Shown here piece after piece: positions 44,884-51,260 of a stretch of DNA of 51,260 nt. Source of the DNA: Chitinivibrionales bacterium (GTDB taxonomy: Bacteria; Fibrobacterota; Chitinivibrionia; Chitinivibrionales; WJKA01); assembly GCA_041641555.1 (NCBI GenBank), contig JBEPYC010000005.1:1-51260 (forward strand), in the 5' to 3' direction. Position numbers and translations under genes: made by a program. Within the stretch, counting starts at the first letter, position 1; each line of letters starts with the position of its first letter. The notes under the pieces are model-generated. The model did no database searches. It was not told the origin of the DNA and saw only the letters and a list, made by a program, of their open reading frames with translations.

Positions 44884-45075
44884 TCACTCTACGGTGATTG
44901 CCTCCACGGGACAACCGTCTGCAGCTTCACGTGCGCTGTCTTCTACCCCGGACGGCACTGAGCCCTCGCCTTTTACTTCGGCTTTTCCATCATCATTCAT
45001 TTGGAATACTTCGGGACAAGTAGCCGGACACAATTCACATCCAGTGCACGTTTCCTGGTCAACAGTAGCTTTCAT
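44884..45075 (-). CDS. small single-cluster [4Fe-4S] ferredoxin
   Basis: 63 aa with CTGCELCPATCP (C-x2-C-x2-C-x3-C-P) plus a distal DGCPVEAI. Confidence 0.9.
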   Translation of the reverse strand: MKATVDQETCTGCELCPATCPEVFQMNDDGKAEVKGEGSVPSGVEDSAREAADGCPVEAITVE

Positions 45076-45104
45076 GGCTCCATCCTTTCTGTGTGGGTTT
45101 TCAG

Positions 45105-45383
45105 TTATGCCATTATAACTGAGAATCGAGAGAATATATCTTGGGGAGAATGTCGCTCTTGCAACATTTTCTCTAACCGGTGGTAATCGGATTCCGCCTG
45201 ATCCGCCAGATCCGAAAACAACCGTCGAGATTTCGAGTTTGTGGACCGTTCAGCAATAGAGACATAGATATGCTGTGCCTCTTCTTGTGCATATTTCCTG
45301 CACTCAACAGCATCGTAAAGCGCTTCTTCCGAAAGGCAATGCTCGGAGACGTGCCCAGGAAAAGGGGTGGAAAATTCAGGCAT
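45105..45383 (-). CDS. ferritin-like/rubrerythrin-like small protein
   Basis: The ATG at 45383 follows AGGAG. EEALYDAVECRKYAQEEAQHIY and RRLFSDLADQAESDYHRLEKML resemble the paired E...E-x2-H helices of ferritin-like proteins. The ORF is open to 45500. Confidence 0.5.
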   Translation of the reverse strand: MPEFSTPFPGHVSEHCLSEEALYDAVECRKYAQEEAQHIYVSIAERSTNSKSRRLFSDLADQAESDYHRLEKMLQERHSPQDIFSRFSVIMA

Positions 45384-45705
45384 TGGATTTACTCCTGGCG
45401 GGAAAGGTGATACGATCGGCTCCCCACAGCGGGATAGCCAGTTTTCTCTTTCCCATTTTCTATTTCTGGATACATACATACGCGACTTCTGCATCACCAT
45501 CTCACTAAACCTTCAGTACCCCTACTAACGCAATACCCATGCCATGAGAAAGCCTCGCGCTGTTCTTCCAATTAAGGAAAATGCGGCCATTTTTAGCGTG
45601 CCCGAGCAAGAGCGCCAGGCATTGTTGAAACCATGCTTTCGCGCTCTGGGGAGAATCTCTCCAAAGGATTTGCACTCCTGCGAACGTCTCTGTTCGACAT
45701 CATTA

Positions 45706-46980
45706 TCATTCTTTTTTTTCGGAAGAGAATGCCTCTGCGGTTGCAGACGCCATATTGGACAGAACGTCCCATTCCTTCTTTATCCAGTGCTTGGCTTCAT
45801 CCCAACTGCTTCCCTTTGTCTCTTTTGAGACTCGACGGCATTGCACAAGGTGCTTGTAGATGTTCTCGAGTTTATCCACAGACGCGCTTTTATCGAATTT
45901 CTCCGCCGACGAAATGGCTCGTTTGCGAAATGCAGCTTTTGCGTGTTCCTGAAGCTCGTAATAGCGATTCAAAGCACCGGTGAAGTCTTTTTTATTCTCG
46001 TCCTTCACGAGGAATCCGTTCTTTTCATGCTCGATAACGTCCCGATTTCCGGGGGCATCGAGAACTACCAACGGGCACCCGGAGGCCAGAGCTTCGGTCA
46101 TGACCATGCCCTGTGTTTCGGTCACCGACGCAAAAGCAAATAAATCCATGGCGTGATATGCATCGACGAGTTCCGAGCCCTGAATAGGTCCGGGTGCCCG
46201 GAGCCTGTCCTGAAGACCTTGGCGATGGAAAACTTCTCTGGCTGAAGGAAGCGAAGTGCCATGTCCGATCAGCAGAAAGTAGGTATTCTCTGTCTGGGAG
46301 AGAAAATCGGCCACGGCATGAGCCAGAAACTGGACGTTTTTCTCAGGAGCAATCCGGCTGACAAACCCCACCACGAACGCATCTTCAGGTATATCGAATT
46401 CCTTTCGGAACGCATGCCCATCCCCGGTTCCAAACTTTTTGACATCGATGCCCGTTGGAATTACCGAAGAGGGACGTTTCACTCCTCTGCGCACGAGCTC
46501 TTCTCGAACACTGTTACTGGGTGCAATGATATGATCCGAAAGGTTGCAGAAACCGGTAGCCAACGATGCGACGAATCTTCTGAGCGCCGATGAATCTCCC
46601 GGAGCATAGTGCGTGTACCGCTCGTAAAAGGTATGGAACGTGAATACCACCGGTGCTTCGAACCGGGCAGCAACCCTGAGGGCTGTATCACCGATCAGAT
46701 AGGGGTGGTGGGTATGCACAATCTGAGGCCGGAAGGTATGAAACGTCTCTTCGAGAGCACCAGGAACAGGCAGGGGAACCGAAAAATCGGTTCCGTTGAA
46801 TCGCTGGATAGCCGGAACCCGAATGACCCCCTCTTCCTCTGAAGGCATATCGGGAAACACCGGGGCCACGACGATCACATTGTGCCCCCGGCCTCTAAGC
46901 TCTTTTGTAAACATTTCGATCGAGCGCTCTACACCTCCAATAAAGGGCGTGTAGGTGTTGGTCATCATCATTACATTCAT
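45706..46980 (-). CDS. glycosyltransferase family 4 (GT-B fold)
   Basis: MMMTNTYTPFIGGVERSI, HVHTHHPYLIG, FVSRIAPEKN and ASVTETQGMVMTEALASGCPLV (E-x7-E region). Confidence 0.9.
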   Translation of the reverse strand: MNVMMMTNTYTPFIGGVERSIEMFTKELRGRGHNVIVVAPVFPDMPSEEEGVIRVPAIQRFNGTDFSVPLPVPGALEETFHTFRPQIVHTHHPYLIGDTALRVAARFEAPVVFTFHTFYERYTHYAPGDSSALRRFVASLATGFCNLSDHIIAPSNSVREELVRRGVKRPSSVIPTGIDVKKFGTGDGHAFRKEFDIPEDAFVVGFVSRIAPEKNVQFLAHAVADFLSQTENTYFLLIGHGTSLPSAREVFHRQGLQDRLRAPGPIQGSELVDAYHAMDLFAFASVTETQGMVMTEALASGCPLVVLDAPGNRDVIEHEKNGFLVKDENKKDFTGALNRYYELQEHAKAAFRKRAISSAEKFDKSASVDKLENIYKHLVQCRRVSKETKGSSWDEAKHWIKKEWDVLSNMASATAEAFSSEKKE

Positions 46981-46984
46981 ACAA

Positions 46985-49249
46985 TCATGCCTTCAAAGAA
47001 AACTCAACCGAGTTCTGCCCTTTCTCAGGAACGGCTTTGCGCCCTCCGGGACCTGCAACTTCAATTCTCGGTTCTCGTTTGAACCAGGATGCCTGCCAGG
47101 AAACTCGTATCGACTTTTCGACGGTGACGCTAACGCTTACCGGTCCGTATGCGGTATCCGTCGGTCCGAAATGCATACGCGCCCCCTTGGTAAACCATTC
47201 TTTGGGAATGCCCGAACAGAGAATGACGATATCCTCTTCGAGTTCCTCTCGAACAAAACAGTTTCTGATCATCATCACCCACTCGGCGGCTGCCCACACA
47301 TGCTGACCATCTCCCATACAGCCGGTGGTCAACCTGGGATGAATCGCCTCAGGCCATTGTCCCGTGGGAGAAGCAAGTTCAGCGATTCTCTGAACCAGGG
47401 GCCAGAACCGATCGTCTTCGTTTCTCAAAAGCGCCTGAGCGATATGAAGCGTCAGGTAGGGGTTTATTCCCGAATGACTGATATCGTGGAAAAACGCGTT
47501 GTCCACCGTGCATTCCCGAAGCAGGTAATCCAGGGTGTTTACCACCCGTTCATCATCGGGCCGAAGCACCTGGAGGGGATAGGTTCCGGCCAGGCTACCC
47601 ACTGCACCACTGTCCATTCTTCGGTGAGGCGATGCGGGAAGCAGCGGTGCTCCAAGCCGTTCCTGGACACCAGCAAGGCTCGTGTCGATACTGGCCATCA
47701 GGCTCTCCCCCTCTTCCCAGAACCTTCTGGCATCTTCCTCTTCTCCCCATTGCCGCATGAGTTTCGATGCTGAGAACAGTCCTCCTGCACACCAGTAGTC
47801 GTCCCAGTAGTAGTTATCGTTGGGGCCAAGGTGTTCGGCGCTGAATCCTGGGGGAAGAAGCCCTTTGTCCCTCGAAGAACGTTTATGCCGAATCCATTGC
47901 GCAGCTTTTCGCACAGTAGACGCCCATACACTTCCCAGATCCTTGCCACTCATTCGTTGCTGCTTTTCCAGGAGCCACAGGACCTGTCCGTTGGAGTCCC
48001 ACTCCCCCTGCTGGGAGAGAAAGTAACCGGATGAGGTAAGGTGCTGCGGGAATAGCTTCGAGATCGAATGAACCAGATCGGAGAGGCCCACACTCAACAT
48101 GGCATTACCGATCAACACCGCATCCCGAAACCAGAATCGTTTATAGGTGTATGGACCCGCATACACGGTGTGCGGAGCGTGAAGGACCATCGTGCGAATG
48201 GCCGTATCGAACAGAAACTTTATGCGATCATCGGGGACCTCGATCCGACACGCTTCCCGAAGTGCATCATCCCACCGTTGCTCAATGTCAGGATGGGTAA
48301 AGATCGGCTTGGGTGTGTGCGCCTGTTTCTTTCTATGCAGAGGAATGTCAACAGAAAGGCTTCGCGAAGCCCCTGCCCCGATACCATACCCGGCTGCCGC
48401 CGTCGCCATCCCGACATCGCACACAGCCTTTGAATCCTCGTGCCGGGCGCCATACAGCATTGCACGATACACATCGCCCTGCTTGTAGTCGGAAAAATCC
48501 CACTTTTCGGGAGACTCGGACAGAAGAACACGATCCTTTTTGTTTATCAGAAAACTACCCGGCTGTTTCCCTTTTTCAATAGAATGCACAAAGCTCACGC
48601 CCTCAGAATTGTAAGGACGCACTGAGACGACCAGCATAGCAGGCTCTTTACTTTCAGCCTCAAGATCGATCCGGCATACTGGTTTACCGTCTTTGAGCTG
48701 CCCCTGAATCCGCCACTTCAATGATGCATCCTTTGTGGTGGCCGAAGTCACTATCGAGAGGTTACCGTCCGTTTCCACTTTCTGCTCGACCTGTTTCATT
48801 CTGCTCGGAATCAGTAAAGGCGTTCCTTTCCCAAGAAGCCAGAAATCAAGCGACCAGCTGTCGAAAAACGGCATTACGAGTCCGCGAGGGTCCACAACGG
48901 GTGTATATTCCGATCCTGGGTACCCGACAGCGGTCCAGTTCCGATGCGTTATATTGATGTGTGTCACCGAAAAAGCCCGCGGCACAAACGATTCGCTTTG
49001 AGGATCAAACTGCTGCTCGACCCAGTGTGGCCAGACCCAGTCGAGATTGTGCTGAATGGCCTGACTGTTTATCAACCCTCGCGCAGCGAGGACGGCACCG
49101 GCACGAAGTAGTTCCGTGGGTGCAATGACTTCGGCAGGCTTAGAGAATCTGTTGAATTGCGTAAGTAGCGCAATCGGATCGATAAAGCCTCTGGATCGAG
49201 CGATCTTTCTAACCATATATCGCCAGGGTAGCCAACGTAGCCACATCAC
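46985..49249 (-). CDS. (alpha/alpha)6-barrel glycoside-hydrolase-like protein, GH15-like
   Basis: YTYKRFWFRDAVLIGNAML (W-x-RDA type motif), NDNYYWDDYW and PTGQWPEAIHPRLTTGCMGDGQHVWAAAEWVMM. The family-level call is from motifs only. Confidence 0.6.
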   Translation of the reverse strand: MMWLRWLPWRYMVRKIARSRGFIDPIALLTQFNRFSKPAEVIAPTELLRAGAVLAARGLINSQAIQHNLDWVWPHWVEQQFDPQSESFVPRAFSVTHINITHRNWTAVGYPGSEYTPVVDPRGLVMPFFDSWSLDFWLLGKGTPLLIPSRMKQVEQKVETDGNLSIVTSATTKDASLKWRIQGQLKDGKPVCRIDLEAESKEPAMLVVSVRPYNSEGVSFVHSIEKGKQPGSFLINKKDRVLLSESPEKWDFSDYKQGDVYRAMLYGARHEDSKAVCDVGMATAAAGYGIGAGASRSLSVDIPLHRKKQAHTPKPIFTHPDIEQRWDDALREACRIEVPDDRIKFLFDTAIRTMVLHAPHTVYAGPYTYKRFWFRDAVLIGNAMLSVGLSDLVHSISKLFPQHLTSSGYFLSQQGEWDSNGQVLWLLEKQQRMSGKDLGSVWASTVRKAAQWIRHKRSSRDKGLLPPGFSAEHLGPNDNYYWDDYWCAGGLFSASKLMRQWGEEEDARRFWEEGESLMASIDTSLAGVQERLGAPLLPASPHRRMDSGAVGSLAGTYPLQVLRPDDERVVNTLDYLLRECTVDNAFFHDISHSGINPYLTLHIAQALLRNEDDRFWPLVQRIAELASPTGQWPEAIHPRLTTGCMGDGQHVWAAAEWVMMIRNCFVREELEEDIVILCSGIPKEWFTKGARMHFGPTDTAYGPVSVSVTVEKSIRVSWQASWFKREPRIEVAGPGGRKAVPEKGQNSVEFSLKA

Positions 49250-49986
49250 ATGCCTCCTTCCGTCCGGGCCACCGGCGATACCGGCTGTCCCGAACGTCCT
49301 CTTGTGAATAACTCAGGAGATACAATCCCGCCGGAGACAACAAACTTGAGTGCCTGGTCAACGGGAACATTTACGGGTACAACTTTGGTTCTTGCAACCA
49401 AAAGAATCAGTCCTGAAAACGGCGCGGGTGCAAACGGAACGAACACCGACAGTATATCGTGATCGGTCCTGGCACTCAGTCCCGGTAGAGAATCCGAGGT
49501 CACGAACCCCAGGGAAAACGAGCCGGCCTGCGGGTATTCCACCAGCACGGCTTCCTTGAATGCCCGCTCCTTTTGCTGGGCAAACAAAAAGTCGGAAAGC
49601 TGCTTTGCCGAAGGATAAATGCTGGTAAAAACCGGAGCACGCTTCATAAAGACTTCAATGAGAACAAGCAGCTTGTTTCCCATCCAGTTGCGTGACAGAA
49701 TGCCGGCTACCATGATTACCCCCAGAGCTACCAGAAACCCGACTCCCGGCACACGTACACCTGTATTTTCAAACAGCCAGAGGTTGAGCCCTTCTCCGAC
49801 CAATCCGTTCACAAAGTTAAAAAGCGCAATAACCACATATATGCTGACGAATGCGGGAAAAAGAACCGCTATGCCGGCAACAAAATACCGCCGAAGCCGC
49901 TTTGGCCACGATTTGGCTCGAAACCGGTATCGCAGCTCGCGAAGATGCGCCTTTATCTGTTCTTTACTCTCATTACCATGTTTCAT
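49246..49986 (-). CDS. DUF502 family membrane protein
   Basis: RRYFVAGIAVLFPAFVSIYVVIALFNFVNGLVG, VPGVGFLVALGVIMVAGIL, FKEAVLVEYPQAGSFSLGFVT and VFVPFAPAPFSGLILLV. The ORF is open to 50025. Confidence 0.85.
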   Translation of the reverse strand: MKHGNESKEQIKAHLRELRYRFRAKSWPKRLRRYFVAGIAVLFPAFVSIYVVIALFNFVNGLVGEGLNLWLFENTGVRVPGVGFLVALGVIMVAGILSRNWMGNKLLVLIEVFMKRAPVFTSIYPSAKQLSDFLFAQQKERAFKEAVLVEYPQAGSFSLGFVTSDSLPGLSARTDHDILSVFVPFAPAPFSGLILLVARTKVVPVNVPVDQALKFVVSGGIVSPELFTRGRSGQPVSPVARTEGGM

Positions 49987-51260
49987 AAACGTCGTAGTAG
50001 TGATAAAAGTTTGTATGGGGGACACCGTTTATATTGGTGGTGACGCGAACCATTTCCGCCCCACCGTCAAAAGCATTCTCGACAACTCGCCGAAGCTCTC
50101 TTCTTCCTTGTAGCTCTCCCTCGATGACTGCCAGGTTATTGACCACTCTGAGCGTAATATCTTCCTCGTCTACGAGCCAATCTCTTCGAAGCTCACGCTC
50201 TATGTTTTTTGTGATTTCGTAATCGGTGGCATGCTCCCACCGACCATTACGAACAACAATTCTGTTATCGACTTCTGCAACACCTGGAATAGTCGATGCC
50301 GCCTGCAGGGCCTGACCTCGCTCGTATCTGCTGTCAACTTTCCCGTAAAGAAATGCCTTTCCGTTTCTGACTGTCACATCGATTTCGTGGCGCTCGATTG
50401 CGGGGTGCCATCCGAAAACTCTTCGAATGTCAGAGCCTATTTTTTCGTCTGATCGAAGCTCCCCGGGACGAACCTTGATCTGATCCTGCACCCTTCCTAC
50501 GCCAATCGTGTGATACGCATCCTGAATTGCCGCGTTCTTCGAAGAAAGACCCGGGACGGTTCCCGAAAGAGTGACTATCCCGTTTTCTACCTCAACCGAG
50601 ATATCTGAATCTCTGGTGCGGGCATCGAGCTCCAGCGCCAGCTCGACAGCATCGGCAATTTCTTCATCGGCGATAATTACATGCTTACTTTTTCTCTGAA
50701 GCGGTAATTGCAGGTCCTCATCTATTTCCACATTCAATGCAACACTGTCAACCCCCGGCACAAGCGCGTCGGTTCGTGCCAGTGCTTTCTGTTCCAGGCT
50801 GGCCACCTTCCCCTCCAGGGTGACCACGCCCCCCTTGACTTCAACCGAAAGAAGGTGGTCGATGACATACGGATCATACTTCAGACGTTTTCGGATCTCT
50901 TCGGCAATTTCCGCGTCATCACGCTCTCCGCTATAGGAAACATCGATGCGGTTCTCCAACCGGCAGATACCTTTCACGGACCTGACATTCTGTGCTGCTA
51001 TGGTTCGTTCGACCCAGGATTGTACCTTCCCGGTCAGTGTCGCCGTACCCTCTTCCACATTGACATCCAGCTCAGCCTTTTCCGTTACAGGATCAAGAAC
51101 CAGCGCATAAGAGGCATCACTGAGCAGAGTTGAGTCGGACCGGTTCCCGCACGGCACTTCCAGATTGTTAACAATGCTGCGGACCCCCCGTATACTCTCG
51201 GCGACACGAATCGCACGTTGCTTAGCGAGAAGATTCTCAACAGTGCCCTCCAGAGTCACG
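49973..51260 (-). CDS. multi-BON-domain protein (OsmY-like), 5' end beyond the window
   Basis: At least six BON units match the pattern V-x-V-x-N-G-x-V-T-L-x-G-x-V (VTLEGTVENLLAKQRAIRVAESIRGVRSIVNNLEV, VEVENGIVTLSGTVPGLSSKNAA, VTVRNGKAFLYGKVDS, and others). The frame is open to the window end. Confidence 0.85.
   Translation of the reverse strand, partial: VTLEGTVENLLAKQRAIRVAESIRGVRSIVNNLEVPCGNRSDSTLLSDASYALVLDPVTEKAELDVNVEEGTATLTGKVQSWVERTIAAQNVRSVKGICRLENRIDVSYSGERDDAEIAEEIRKRLKYDPYVIDHLLSVEVKGGVVTLEGKVASLEQKALARTDALVPGVDSVALNVEIDEDLQLPLQRKSKHVIIADEEIADAVELALELDARTRDSDISVEVENGIVTLSGTVPGLSSKNAAIQDAYHTIGVGRVQDQIKVRPGELRSDEKIGSDIRRVFGWHPAIERHEIDVTVRNGKAFLYGKVDSRYERGQALQAASTIPGVAEVDNRIVVRNGRWEHATDYEITKNIERELRRDWLVDEEDITLRVVNNLAVIEGELQGRRELRRVVENAFDGGAEMVRVTTNINGVPHTNFYHYYDVYETW

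Noticed and set aside
1-51260. Checked the window for CRISPR arrays, tRNA/rRNA genes, IS elements, integrases, phage genes and toxin-antitoxin or defence-island signatures.
   Set aside because: No repeat-spacer periodicity, no cloverleaf-like intergenic segments, no transposase or integrase motifs and no terminal inverted repeats were seen. The intergenic regions are short and are explained by promoters and terminators.

Overview
Bacterial chromosomal segment, densely coding, with no rRNA, tRNA, CRISPR array, transposase or integrase that I can recognise. Strong GGAGGTGA-type Shine-Dalgarno sites occur before many genes. The window has three parts. (1) 1-18 kb holds mixed housekeeping and envelope genes. 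These are a TPR protein (5' partial), a frameshifted SixA-like phosphatase, an arylsulfatase, and a secreted beta-propeller protein divergent from a GluP-like rhomboid protease. They are followed by a beta-helix protein, a putative beta-barrel protein plus an ECF sigma/anti-sigma pair, a GH38 alpha-mannosidase, an SGNH esterase, queA and an HDOD protein. (2) 18-40 kb is a minus-strand flagellar cluster with Firmicute/spirochaete-type order: flbB/ylxF-like, fliK, flgD, a small flagellar-operon protein, flgE, flbD, motA, motB, fliL, fliM, fliY, fliO, fliP, fliQ, fliR, flhB, an unknown ORF, flhA, flhF, flhG, a membrane ORF, fliA and a small charged ORF. A good sigma-54 promoter match lies at its head, next to a divergent NtrC-type sigma-54 activator gene. 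(3) 42-51 kb carries a PRC-barrel/FKBP/USP operon, a small redox gene set (ferritin-like, ferredoxin), and a BON-DUF502-GH15-like-GT4 operon that runs off the right edge. The most unusual item is a signal-peptide-bearing protein of five cadherin/Ig-like repeats, translationally coupled between flhB and flhA inside the type III export-gate block. Other leads are a rhomboid protease next to a protein with a tripartite C-terminal sorting-signal-like tail, internal domain duplications in FlgE and FlgD, an NPTY variant of the FlhB autocleavage motif, and homopolymer-associated frame problems in sixA and in the esterase tail. All functional calls rest on motif recognition by eye, and none was checked against a database.
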